From: Candidatus Binatia bacterium
GTDB taxonomy: Bacteria > Desulfobacterota > Binatia > UBA9968 > JAJDTQ01
Reading direction: 5' to 3'
NCBI GenBank assembly: GCA_963666515.2
Contig: OY762897.2
Coordinates: 1,056,001-1,120,000, forward strand
Length of the DNA stretch: 64,000 nt
The first letter of the stretch is position 1; each line of letters starts with the position of its first letter. The position numbers and the translations under genes are program-made. Below, piece after piece: positions 49,035-58,430 of this stretch. The notes under the pieces are model-generated. The model saw nothing but the letters and a program-made list of their open reading frames with translations, ran no database searches and was not told where the DNA came from.

Positions 49035-50276
49035 TTATCGCTCCAGCGTCTCCTTCGCAACGAACGCCAGCAGCAGGGCAGACAGCCATAGAACGGGAGT
49101 GAGGGCAAGGAACGGGATTCCGGGGTTGAACGCATTGGCGAGTATGCCGCCGCCCGCGGGCGCGCCCAGGCCTATCAGGTCTGCGATGGTGCGGCGCATG
49201 GCCTGGAGGCGGCCCCGGGCGTGTTGCGGCGCCAGGTCATAGGTGGTGGTGGCGAGACAGCCCAGGGAAAGTCCGTTGGCGATCCCCATCAGTGACACCA
49301 GCACGGCCAGCTCGGCAAAGGTGTCGGCGAACGGGATAAGGAGAAACACCACGGCCGGAATCAGATTGCTGGGCACGGTGGCCCACTTCCTGCCCACCTT
49401 GTCGAGCACGAATCCCGCGGGCACGATCATGAAGAACACCACCACCCCGGAGATGGAGAACAGCGCGCCCACCTCCACCGGGCTGAACCCGAGGTATCCG
49501 CCGGCATAGAGGGGCAGCATGCTCTGGAGGGTGAGCCGGCACATCAGGCTGGCGGTGGTGGCGACCACGAGGACCGCGTAGGTGCGGCGAAGCGCCGGCG
49601 CCACCTCGCGGTACAGCGCGACGACGCGGCCCGTCCAGTAACCGAGTCGGAAGCGCCGGACCGCGGTTCGCGCGGAAGGCCGCGGCATCCCCGCGCCGGA
49701 CGGGCGGTCCACCGCGAGGCCGCAAAGCGCCGCGAGAGCTGCAACCAGGGCATAGGCGACGAACACGTAGCGAAAGCCCGCCGACACGGTGAGGAAGCCG
49801 CCCACCAGCGGTCCCAGAGTCATCCCGGCGCTGTGGACGCCGTGGAAACCGCTCATGACACGCCCCCGCTGGTTCTGCGAAGCGAGGTCGATGCCCGCCA
49901 CCTCACGGCCCAGGTTCCATGAGGGCTCCACCACGCCGACGACGAACAGCGCCATCAGCAGCCACACGAAGTCGGGGCTTGCGAACGCCGCGATGGCGGC
50001 TACGGCCGTGACCGCGGCGCCAACGACCATCATCACGCGCGGCTCGGTGCGGTCGAGCACGATGCCGCTCACCGGCGTGCCGACGAAGCGGCCCGCGGCC
50101 CAGGCCGTGACCGTCTGGGCAGCGGCCCCCAGGGATACGTCGAAGGAGGCCGCCAGCACCGGGATGGTGGGCAGGACCATGCCCCAGCCGAGTCCGGAGA
50201 ACAGCGTGCTGCCGTACAGAAACAGGAAGTTCCGCAGCACGCGCGGTCCGAGGAAAGGGGTCCGGGCCACCGTCAA
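49035..50276 (-). CDS. MFS transporter
   Basis: Multiple hydrophobic segments, GPLVGG, GFVLDKVGRK. Confidence 0.88.
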   Translation of the reverse strand: MTVARTPFLGPRVLRNFLFLYGSTLFSGLGWGMVLPTIPVLAASFDVSLGAAAQTVTAWAAGRFVGTPVSGIVLDRTEPRVMMVVGAAVTAVAAIAAFASPDFVWLLMALFVVGVVEPSWNLGREVAGIDLASQNQRGRVMSGFHGVHSAGMTLGPLVGGFLTVSAGFRYVFVAYALVAALAALCGLAVDRPSGAGMPRPSARTAVRRFRLGYWTGRVVALYREVAPALRRTYAVLVVATTASLMCRLTLQSMLPLYAGGYLGFSPVEVGALFSISGVVVFFMIVPAGFVLDKVGRKWATVPSNLIPAVVFLLIPFADTFAELAVLVSLMGIANGLSLGCLATTTYDLAPQHARGRLQAMRRTIADLIGLGAPAGGGILANAFNPGIPFLALTPVLWLSALLLAFVAKETLER

Positions 50277-50319
50277 AGGTTCCTTGCCGGAATCGGGGCG
50301 CCGGTGAACTCGCCGCGGT

Positions 50320-51201
50320 TCATCCGGGCGCTCCTCCCAAAGTGATGGCCAGGGTCCCGGCCACCACCGCCAGACTGCCGCTCACGGTCCGCACCGTCAC
50401 CATCTCGATGCTGCGGAGAAACACCACGGTGAAGATCAGCACCCACATGGGCTGGGTGGCCACCATGGGCGTCACGATCACCACCGGACCCACGCTGAGG
50501 GCGGTGTTGAACAGGAGGAACCCCAGGTTCTCCAGGACCGCGGCCGCCAGGAACGGTTTCATGGCGCGCCGGTCCCACACGGGGCGGCCGAATCCGCGCG
50601 GCAGCGCCAGGAAGCCGGCGAAGGTCACCAGCGACACCGCCCCGACGACGGCCGCGAACAGGATGGGATAGGCCGCGGACTTGAGCGAGAAACGGGCGAT
50701 GTTGTGGACCACGGCCGCGGTAAAGGCCGCGGAGAGCGAATACGCCCCGTGCCACCAGCGCGCCGTGGAGAGCCGCTGCTCCTCCCGCCAGGAGATCAGC
50801 ACGATGCCCGCCACCACCAGGCCGATTCCGGCCAGCAGGGCCGCGCCGGCGGTCTCGCCCAGGAACGTCAGCGCCAGCAGGGCGCTGAAGAGGGGATGGG
50901 TGGAACGCAGCGCCGTGCCCCGCGCCGCGCCGATCCTCGCGATGCCCGTGTAGGTGAGCCAGCGCAGCACCGGCATCAGCAACCCGACGATCGCCGCCGC
51001 CCACAGGAACCCCGTGCCGACCTCGGGAACGCCGGTGACGGCCCCCACGATGCTCCACAGGATCACCGTCTGGGACATCAGCGACAGCAGGGTGACCGTG
51101 CTGGCGTTGGAGTACTGGAGGCCCCGGCGCGCCGAGATGATGCTGATGCCGTAGGTCCACGCCGTCAGGAGGCCGATGGCCTGTGGCAGCAGTTGCGTCA
51201 T
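50320..51201 (-). CDS. DMT/EamA transporter
   Basis: About 10 hydrophobic segments in two halves; PLFSALLALTFLGE. Confidence 0.88.
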   Translation of the reverse strand: MTQLLPQAIGLLTAWTYGISIISARRGLQYSNASTVTLLSLMSQTVILWSIVGAVTGVPEVGTGFLWAAAIVGLLMPVLRWLTYTGIARIGAARGTALRSTHPLFSALLALTFLGETAGAALLAGIGLVVAGIVLISWREEQRLSTARWWHGAYSLSAAFTAAVVHNIARFSLKSAAYPILFAAVVGAVSLVTFAGFLALPRGFGRPVWDRRAMKPFLAAAVLENLGFLLFNTALSVGPVVIVTPMVATQPMWVLIFTVVFLRSIEMVTVRTVSGSLAVVAGTLAITLGGAPG

Positions 51202-51216
51202 GGGCGCGGCGTCGCG

Positions 51217-52278
51217 CTAGTTTCGGATGTCCTGCTGGAACCACTCCAGCGGCAGCTCGTGGCCGAGGCCGTTCTCCTTCGCGTAGCGGTAGACCAGGTA
51301 GCCCACCGCGGCGAACTGGATGCCGGCCGAGAAGTTGTGGTGCAGGGTGGTCTGGGCGTCGTCCTCCCGGCCAGCGGCCTCGCCAGTCAGCACCTCGGAC
51401 AGGGTGGTGTGGTTCCGGTTGGTGTAGCGCCGCATGTAGTTGTCGTCGATGGGGCGCCGGTCGCGTTCCTCCTGCGTCCCCAGGGCATAGTTGAGCACGG
51501 CCTGGTTCGAGGTGCCGATGACCACGTCGGCCTTCTCGTAGGTGTCGGCTTCCAGCTCCTCGGGGCGCACGTCCACCACGTGCATGCCGCTCTGGAGCCA
51601 GTCGCCCTGGAACAGCGGGACGCGCGAGTCCGTGCAGGTGGCGCCGATGTCGACGCCGCTCATGGCTTCGCGGCCGGAGTTGACCGCGGTGACCTTGATT
51701 CCCAGCGTTTCCGCCATCTTCTCCGCGTATTTCTCCCGGTTGGCCTGGGTGGGGCTGAAGATCTTGATGTGCTCGATGGGCCGGACCGCGCACGTGGCCA
51801 TGGCGTAGGTGCGGGCCATGGCGCCGGAGCCCAGGACTCCCATCACCTTGGAATCGGCGCGGGAGAGGTGCTTGACGCCGACGCCCGCGGTGGCGCCCAC
51901 GCGGTAGCTCTGGAGGTAGCCGTCGTTCATGATGCACAGCAGCTCGCCGGTGCGCGTGTCCACCAGCAGGATGATGCCGCAGTACTTGCCGGGCTCGACG
52001 TTGAACCAGTGTTCGGTGACCGCGCCGTTGTATTCCTGCCAAGTCATGATGTCGAGCTTGAAGCGGAACGCCAGCACCGGCGGGTCCTTGATGGCGCCCA
52101 GCAGCGAGCCCCAGCGGAAATAGTCGCCGACGGTGGCGGTGGGAGACCACAGGTCGGTCCGGGGCTGGTAGACGGCGTCGCCCTCGGCGAGCTGCCGGAG
52201 CGCGCTCTCCATGGCGCCGATGGCGTCCTCCATGTTGAGCGCCTGCTTGGCGATTTTGTTGTCGATCATCAGCGGCAT
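51217..52278 (-). CDS. Ornithine cyclodeaminase/mu-crystallin family protein
   Basis: DTRTGELL, RVGATAG, GSGAMA, LQSGMHV. Confidence 0.88.
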   Translation of the reverse strand: MPLMIDNKIAKQALNMEDAIGAMESALRQLAEGDAVYQPRTDLWSPTATVGDYFRWGSLLGAIKDPPVLAFRFKLDIMTWQEYNGAVTEHWFNVEPGKYCGIILLVDTRTGELLCIMNDGYLQSYRVGATAGVGVKHLSRADSKVMGVLGSGAMARTYAMATCAVRPIEHIKIFSPTQANREKYAEKMAETLGIKVTAVNSGREAMSGVDIGATCTDSRVPLFQGDWLQSGMHVVDVRPEELEADTYEKADVVIGTSNQAVLNYALGTQEERDRRPIDDNYMRRYTNRNHTTLSEVLTGEAAGREDDAQTTLHHNFSAGIQFAAVGYLVYRYAKENGLGHELPLEWFQQDIRN

Positions 52279-52563
52279 GTGGGTTCTCCGATGGCTTGAA
52301 AGGGTTGGTGGAACTTTGTGCTAGCAGCTTTTCGTTGCGAGTGTCCACCCTGGACCCCTGGTTCCTGCAGCCTGTCCCTGACGGCAACGGTTGTGAAACG
52401 GTTGCTGACCGCCATGGCACAACTTATACTAATGTTTTTGCCGTGTTTGATGACCCTGGGCCTTTCTGGAGGGGCTGTGGCGATACTCAATCGGCGGCCT
52501 TCCCTGGCCCATCGGACCGATCTAGCGTCCTGACCGGTTCGCTTGGGAAAGCAAGGGTCCTAC

Positions 52564-53922
52564 ATGCTCGGATTCCTCAAGAAGCTGCTCATAGTGGTGC
52601 CCGTCGGTCTCGGCGTGCTGGCGGTGATGTTCGCCATGAAGTCGCGGGAAGAGCCGAAGCGGCTCCCGTCCGAGGAACGGACGGCGCTCGTGCGCGTGGT
52701 GGAGGCGAAGTCGCTGGCGGTGGTGCCCCGGGCGGTGGGCTACGGCAGCGTGAAGCCGGGGAAGGTGTGGGAGGCCGTCGGGGAGGTGAGCGGCACGGTG
52801 GTTTTCCGGCACCCCGAGCTGCAGCGCGGCGCCATCCTACAGGCCGGCACCGTGCTGTTGCGCATCGATCCCGCGGACTACCGCCTGGCGGCGGCCGAGA
52901 TCGAAGCCAACATCCGCGCGGTGGACGCCCAGATCGCCTTGCTCGACGTGCGCGCCCGCAATACGAAACGCTCCCTGGCCATCGAGGAACGAAGCCTGGC
53001 GCTCGGCCGCAAACAGCTAGAGCGGACGCGGGAGCTGCTGCGCCGCGGCGCCGTTTCCCAGTCCAACGCGGATCGCGAAGAGCGCTCGGTGCTGGCCGGT
53101 GAGCAGGCGGTGCAGAACCTCCGTAACGCCGTGAGGCTTTTCCCCGCGGAGCGCTCGGTGCAGCAGGCTCAGCGAGACCGTCTCAAGCACCAGTTGGAGA
53201 CCGCCCGGCGGAACCTGAGCCGCACCACTATCGTGGCGCCGTTCACCTGCCGCATCGCCGCGGTGAACGTCGAGATGGCGCAGTACGCCGTCAAGGGTCA
53301 GGTGCTGGTGCAGGCCGACAGCCTCGACGTGGCCGAGGTCGTCGCCGAGGTGCCCATCGGCAGGGCGCTGGCCCTGTTGCCTCCGGGCGTGGAGCATCTG
53401 CGCCGCGTGGACGCCGTCATGTCGCAGTTGAGGGAGGAGATCCGGGCGGTGGTGCGCCTGCGTTCCGGTGACGTGGATATCGAGTGGCCGGCGCGGTTCG
53501 CACGGGTGAGTGACAGGATGGATCCGCGCACCCGTACGGTGGGCGTCATCGTCGCGGTGGACAAACCCTACCGGCAGGCACCGGCGGCCCGCAGGCCGCC
53601 GCTGGTCAAGGACATGTACGTCGAGGTCGAGCTCCGGGGGCCGCCGCGGCCCGAGGCGGTGGTGATTCCCCGGGCGGCGTTGCTGAACGGCAGCCGGGTT
53701 CATGTGGTGGACGCCGGCGAGCGGCTGGAGTTCCGCGACGTGGAGGTGAACTTCTCCCAGGCCGACTTCGTGGTGCTGCGCTCGGGGCTTGAAGCGGGCG
53801 AGCGCGTGGTGATTTCCGACCTGCCGTTCGCGGTCGAAGGCATGCGACTGGGCGCGGAAACCGACCAGGCGGCGTCGGCGAACCTCGTGGCCCAGGCCGG
53901 CGGCGCGGCGCCGGTTCAGTGA
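52564..53922 (+). CDS. RND efflux periplasmic adaptor (MFP)
   Basis: N-terminal TM, EVSG...IDPADY, coiled coil, IVAPF, DPRTRT, GLEAGERVV. Confidence 0.88.
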   Translation: MLGFLKKLLIVVPVGLGVLAVMFAMKSREEPKRLPSEERTALVRVVEAKSLAVVPRAVGYGSVKPGKVWEAVGEVSGTVVFRHPELQRGAILQAGTVLLRIDPADYRLAAAEIEANIRAVDAQIALLDVRARNTKRSLAIEERSLALGRKQLERTRELLRRGAVSQSNADREERSVLAGEQAVQNLRNAVRLFPAERSVQQAQRDRLKHQLETARRNLSRTTIVAPFTCRIAAVNVEMAQYAVKGQVLVQADSLDVAEVVAEVPIGRALALLPPGVEHLRRVDAVMSQLREEIRAVVRLRSGDVDIEWPARFARVSDRMDPRTRTVGVIVAVDKPYRQAPAARRPPLVKDMYVEVELRGPPRPEAVVIPRAALLNGSRVHVVDAGERLEFRDVEVNFSQADFVVLRSGLEAGERVVISDLPFAVEGMRLGAETDQAASANLVAQAGGAAPVQ

Positions 53923-53951
53923 GGCTGCGCTATCCTGACCATCGTGGGGTG

Positions 53952-54320
53952 ATGATGCACAGAGACCGTATGATCGGAACGTGGCGCCTGCGCGAGTTTC
54001 GCTTCACCGACGCCGAAGGCAACGCCGGATCGGGCGAAGACGCTCCCGTGGTGGGCCGGATGGAATACACTGCGGACGGCCACATGGCCACCGCCACCCG
54101 ACGGCCCGACGGTTCCTATTTCAGCTACTTCGGGGAGTTCGAGCTCCAGGGCGATGTGGTGCTGCATCACATCGAGTTCGCGGCCGACCCCCGCCTGGAC
54201 GGCACCACCACGCGGCGGGAAGTCTCCTTCGAGGGGGACTGGCTGGTGTTGACCGCGGCGCCCCCGGTCATGGGCGGACCGGGCAGCCGGGCGTCGCTCA
54301 TCTGGGAAAGGGTATCCTGA
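53952..54320 (+). CDS. Lipocalin-like domain protein
   Basis: IGTWRL, YTADGHM, SYFG, LIWER; start uncertain (53919/53952/53970). Confidence 0.8.
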   Translation: MMHRDRMIGTWRLREFRFTDAEGNAGSGEDAPVVGRMEYTADGHMATATRRPDGSYFSYFGEFELQGDVVLHHIEFAADPRLDGTTTRREVSFEGDWLVLTAAPPVMGGPGSRASLIWERVS

Positions 54321-54322
54321 CC

Positions 54323-55420
54323 ATGGCAAGACAGACCGCGATTCCCTGTACGATGATGCGCGGCGGCACCTCGCGCGGCCCGTATTTCCTGGCCGGCGAC
54401 CTGCCGGAGGACGCCGCGACGCGCGACCAAGTGCTGCTGGCGGCCATGGGGTCCCCGGACCACCGGCAGATCGACGGCGTGGGCGGCGCCACCACCCTCA
54501 CCAGCAAGGTCGCCATCGTTTCGCCGTCGGACCACGCCTGGGCGGACGTCGACTACCTCTTCGCCCAGGTGTCGGTGGACCAGGCCTTCGTGGACTACAG
54601 CCCCACCTGCGGCAACATGCTGGCGGGCATCGGCCCCTTCGCCATCGAGCACGGGCTCGTGCCGTCGGACGATCCCCGGACCGTAGTGAACATCCGCAAC
54701 GTGAACACCGACTCGCTCATCGAGGCGCTGGTGCAAACCCCGGGCGGCGACGTCGAGTACGATGGCGATACCGCCATCGACGGGGTCCCCGGCACCGCGG
54801 CGCCGATCCTGCTCAACTTCATGGACGTCATCGGCTCCAAGACCGGCGCGTTGTTCCCCACGGGGCAGCGCAAGGAGATCATCGAGGGCGTGGAGGTGAG
54901 TTGCGTGGACGTGGCCATGCCCATGGTGCTGACGACCGCGGAGAGCATGGGCGTCCGGGGCGACGAGAGCAAGGCCGAGCTGGACGCCAACCGGGAGTTG
55001 CTGGAGCGGCTGGAAGCGGTCCGGGTCGTCGCCGGCGAGAAGATGGGCCTCGGTGACGTGCGCGGCAAGGTCATTCCCAAGTTCGGCATCCTCTCCCGGC
55101 CGCGCCGCGGCGGCGCGCTCACCTCGCGCTACTTCGTGCCCACGGACTGCCATGCCGCCCACGCGGTGTCCGGCGCCATCTGCGTCGGAAGTTGCGCCTT
55201 GGTGCCTGGGACCGTCGCCGAAGGCATTGCCGAGACCGGGAGCGGCTTCTCCGAGCTGGTGGAGATCGAGCATCCCAGCGGCTCCATCACCGTGGCCTTC
55301 GAGTTGAGCGGGGTGGGAGATGATTTCGCGCTGGAGAAGGCGGGGGTGGTCCGCACCACCCGCAAGCTTTTCCAGGGACAGATCTACGTGCCGGGGCGGG
55401 TGTGGAGCCCGCGGATGTGA
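54323..55420 (+). CDS. PrpF-family isomerase (4-oxalomesaconate tautomerase-like)
   Basis: MRGGTSRG, QIDGVGG..LTSKVA, CGNM, CHAAHAV, EHPSG. Confidence 0.9.
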   Translation: MARQTAIPCTMMRGGTSRGPYFLAGDLPEDAATRDQVLLAAMGSPDHRQIDGVGGATTLTSKVAIVSPSDHAWADVDYLFAQVSVDQAFVDYSPTCGNMLAGIGPFAIEHGLVPSDDPRTVVNIRNVNTDSLIEALVQTPGGDVEYDGDTAIDGVPGTAAPILLNFMDVIGSKTGALFPTGQRKEIIEGVEVSCVDVAMPMVLTTAESMGVRGDESKAELDANRELLERLEAVRVVAGEKMGLGDVRGKVIPKFGILSRPRRGGALTSRYFVPTDCHAAHAVSGAICVGSCALVPGTVAEGIAETGSGFSELVEIEHPSGSITVAFELSGVGDDFALEKAGVVRTTRKLFQGQIYVPGRVWSPRM

Positions 55421-55436
55421 GCCGGCGGAATGGCGT

Positions 55437-55529
55437 CCTTCGACTTCGCTTCGCTACGCTCAGGGCGAACGGTTGATGGGGCCGAACCAAACCCCGTTCG
55501 CCCTGAGCGTAGCGAAGCGAAGTCGAAGG
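55437..55529. repeat. Perfect 36-bp inverted repeat with 21-nt loop (REP doublet/MITE-like)
   Basis: CCTTCGACTTCGCTTCGCTACGCTCAGGGCGAACGG and its exact reverse complement at 55494-55529. Confidence 0.92.
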
Positions 55530-55574
55530 GCGCATCATCATGCAAATTCGTGGGCAAGACGCTTGCGGTGACAC

Positions 55575-56747
55575 ATGTACGTGACGTTTCTGGAATGTTC
55601 GAGGTGCGGAATACGGCATGAACGCGGGAAGCTTCACAACCTCTGCCGGGAGTGCGCCAGTCCGCTTCTGGTGCGCTACGACCTGGCGCGGGCCGGGAAG
55701 ACCCTGACGCGCGACAGCCTGCGGGAACGGGTAGCGAGCCTGTGGCGCTACCGTGAGGTGCTTCCGGTGGCCGACGACGCGGCGATCACGACCCTGGGGG
55801 AGGGGTGGACGCCGCTGGCCCATGCGCGCCGGCTGGGCCAACGGCTCGGCATGCCGAGCCTCCTCGTCAAGGACGAGGGCCTCAATCCCACCGGCTCGTT
55901 CAAGGCCCGCGGCATGACCGTCGCCGTATCCATGGCGCGGGAGCTGGGGGTGGAACGTCTGGCGGTGCCCTCCGCCGGGAATGCGGCCGGAGCGCTGGCC
56001 GCCTACGCCGCCAGGGCGGGTCTGGAGGCCCACATCTACATGCCCCGCGACGCACCCCGCGCAAATTTTATTGAATGCATTCAATATGGCGCAGAAGTAA
56101 TTGAGATTGATGGATTTATCAGCGATTGCGGCCGTATCATTGGGGAGAGAAAGGAACGCGAGGGGTGGTTCGATGTGTCGACGCTGAAGGAGCCCTACCG
56201 GGTCGAGGGCAAGAAGACCATGGGCTACGAGTTGGCGGAGCAGATGAACTGGACGCTGCCGGACGTGCTGGTATACCCCACCGGCGGCGGGACGGGTTTG
56301 ATCGGCATGTGGAAGGCCTTCGATGAGATGGAAGAGCTGGGCTGGATCGATTCGCGGCGGCCGCGCATGGTCTCGGTCCAGGCCGAAGGCTGCGCCCCCA
56401 TCGTCCACGCGTTCGAGGCCGGGGCCGACACCGCACAGGAGGTCGCCGAGCCGGCCACCGTGGCCGCAGGTCTGCGGGTGCCGGGTGCCATCGGCGACTT
56501 CATGATTCTGCGCGTCCTGCGGCGGAGCGGCGGCTGTGCCGTCGCCGTGTCGGATGCGGAGATCCTCGACGGCGTCCGGGAGATGGGGAGCGCGGAGGGG
56601 ATCTTCGCCTGCCCGGAAGGCGCCGCCTGCGTGGCCGGGCTGCGCCGGCTCCTGGACGACGGTGTGGTGGGCCGGGACGAGCGGGTGGTGCTGTTCAATA
56701 CGGGGACCGGTCTCAAGTACCTGCACCTCTGGAGCGATCTTCCTTGA
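55575..56747 (+). CDS. thrC: Threonine synthase-like PLP enzyme
   Basis: LGEGWTPL, NPTGSFKARG, SAGNA, EGKKT, PTGGG, NTGTGLKY. Confidence 0.85.
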   Translation: MYVTFLECSRCGIRHERGKLHNLCRECASPLLVRYDLARAGKTLTRDSLRERVASLWRYREVLPVADDAAITTLGEGWTPLAHARRLGQRLGMPSLLVKDEGLNPTGSFKARGMTVAVSMARELGVERLAVPSAGNAAGALAAYAARAGLEAHIYMPRDAPRANFIECIQYGAEVIEIDGFISDCGRIIGERKEREGWFDVSTLKEPYRVEGKKTMGYELAEQMNWTLPDVLVYPTGGGTGLIGMWKAFDEMEELGWIDSRRPRMVSVQAEGCAPIVHAFEAGADTAQEVAEPATVAAGLRVPGAIGDFMILRVLRRSGGCAVAVSDAEILDGVREMGSAEGIFACPEGAACVAGLRRLLDDGVVGRDERVVLFNTGTGLKYLHLWSDLP

Positions 56748-57496
56748 AGACCTTCGTCGGCACCAGCGGGTTCGCCTACAAGCCCTGGAAGGGGAAGTTC
56801 TATCCCGCCGCACTGCCGGACAAGGAGATGCTGCCGTTCTATGCCGCGCGCTTCGACACGGTGGAGATCAACAACACCTTCTACCGAATGCCGGCGGACC
56901 CGGTGCTGGCGCGCTGGCGCGAGCAGGTGCCGGAGGGCTTCTCCTTCTCCATCAAGGCGTCCCGCGCCATCACCCATTTCAGCCGGTTGAAGGAGGCCGG
57001 CGACGCCGTCCGTTTCTTGTTCCAGCGGCTGGAATCGCTGGGAGACACCCTCGGCCCGGTGCTGTTCCAGTTGCCGCCCAACCTGAAGCTGGACCTGCCG
57101 CGGCTGCGGGACTTCCTCGCCACGCTTCCCGCTGGGCGCCGTGTCGCCGTGGAGTTCCGCCACCTTTCCTGGTTCGACGACACGGTGTTCGACATGTTGC
57201 GCGAGCACGACGCGGCGCTGTGCGTGGCCGACGGTGAGCTGGAAGGCGAGGCGCCCTTCGTGTCCACGGCCGGTTGGGGCTATCTTCGCCTGCGCGCGGT
57301 GGACTATACTGACGAGGCCATCGGCGCTTGGGCGGACCGGGTGCGCGAACAGCGGTGGGAGCGCGGCTATGTCTTCTTCAAGCACGAGGACGAGGCCACC
57401 GGCCCGAAGCTCGCGGCCCGCTTCATCGAGCTTCTGAACGAACCCGGGGCCGGCGGCTCGGAGCATGGACCTGGGAGCGGGTCCGAGCGAGGGTAG
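56744..57496 (+). CDS. DUF72 (YecE-like) protein
   Basis: GTSGF, VEINNTFY, LFQLPP, VEFRH, YLRLR. Confidence 0.92.
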   Translation: MKTFVGTSGFAYKPWKGKFYPAALPDKEMLPFYAARFDTVEINNTFYRMPADPVLARWREQVPEGFSFSIKASRAITHFSRLKEAGDAVRFLFQRLESLGDTLGPVLFQLPPNLKLDLPRLRDFLATLPAGRRVAVEFRHLSWFDDTVFDMLREHDAALCVADGELEGEAPFVSTAGWGYLRLRAVDYTDEAIGAWADRVREQRWERGYVFFKHEDEATGPKLAARFIELLNEPGAGGSEHGPGSGSERG

Positions 57497-57520
57497 GGGC
57501 GACCGGCCGGTCACCCCTAC
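57493..57520. repeat. GTAG-type REP palindrome
   Basis: GTAGGGGCGACCGGCCGGTCACCCCTAC, one mismatch; its TAG is the DUF72 stop. Confidence 0.8.
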
Positions 57521-57560
57521 GGAGATCCATCACAATACAGGGCCGAGGGGAGGGGAGAGA

Positions 57561-58376
57561 GTGTCAAACATCGAGAAATGGCCCGACGGCGCCAAGGTGG
57601 CGGTGCTGGTGACGCCCATGTTCGAGACCTGGTCAGTGGGCAAGGCGCCGTCGTACTCGCCCATGTCGTCGCCGCTCAAGCCGGGGGTGGTGGACCGCCT
57701 AGGGGTCTCGTGGTCGGAATACGGCGGGCGCACCGGGGTCTGGCGCTTCATGAAGATCTTCCGGGAGTTCGAGGTCCCGGCCACCGTATGTGTCAGCGGC
57801 CGCTCGGCGGAGCTTTTTCCCGACGCGGTGAAGGCCCTGCACGAGAACGGCCACGAACTGGCCGGCCACTCGTACACGCAGGATACGTTCCTCACCGATC
57901 TCTCCGCGGACGAAGAGAAGGAGGTCATCGGCCGCTGCTTCGATCTCATCGAGGGCGTGGCCGGAGTGCGGCCGGTGGGCTGGCTGAGCCCCAGGGCCAC
58001 CCCCACCGAGCACACGGCCGGTTTCCTGGCGGAAGCCGGCTGCGTCTGGCACGGGGACTACAACGACACCGACGTCCCGTACACGATCCCCACCGGGTCC
58101 GGGAGCATCGTCGCCATCCCCCACAGCGACTTCGCCGACAACCGGGTGCTGCGGGGCAGCCCCCGCGACTTCCTGAACGTCTACAAGGACACCTTCGACT
58201 TCCTGTACCGGTCCGAAGTCCCGGAAATGATCAATCTCACCGTGCACGCCCACTTCGGCGGTCGCCCCATGATGGCCGCGGTGCTGACGGAGATCCTCCG
58301 CTACATGAAGGGCTTCTCCAGGGTGTGGTTCGCGCGCCACGACGAGGTGGCGCGCTGGGTGCTGGAGCAGGGGTAG
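57561..58376 (+). CDS. Polysaccharide deacetylase family (PuuE-like) hydrolase
   Basis: EYGGRTGVWR, HELAGHS, PVGWLSP, HAHFGGRP, VWFAR. Confidence 0.88.
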   Translation: MSNIEKWPDGAKVAVLVTPMFETWSVGKAPSYSPMSSPLKPGVVDRLGVSWSEYGGRTGVWRFMKIFREFEVPATVCVSGRSAELFPDAVKALHENGHELAGHSYTQDTFLTDLSADEEKEVIGRCFDLIEGVAGVRPVGWLSPRATPTEHTAGFLAEAGCVWHGDYNDTDVPYTIPTGSGSIVAIPHSDFADNRVLRGSPRDFLNVYKDTFDFLYRSEVPEMINLTVHAHFGGRPMMAAVLTEILRYMKGFSRVWFARHDEVARWVLEQG

Positions 58377-58399
58377 GCTGGGCAGCGACGCCCCGAATT

Positions 58400-58430
58400 C
58401 GTCATTCCGGGCTTGACCCGGAATCCAGGC
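58400..58430. repeat. REP-like palindromic element, copy 2
   Basis: Identical 31-mer to 23353-23383; supplies the last codons and stop of the osmC-like gene. Confidence 0.85.

Noticed and set aside
52415-52429. Sigma54 promoter TGGCAC-N5
   Set aside because: -12 element reads ATAC, not TTGC
55320-55621. Small ORFs 55320-55571 and 55430-55621
   Set aside because: Translations of the inverted repeat element
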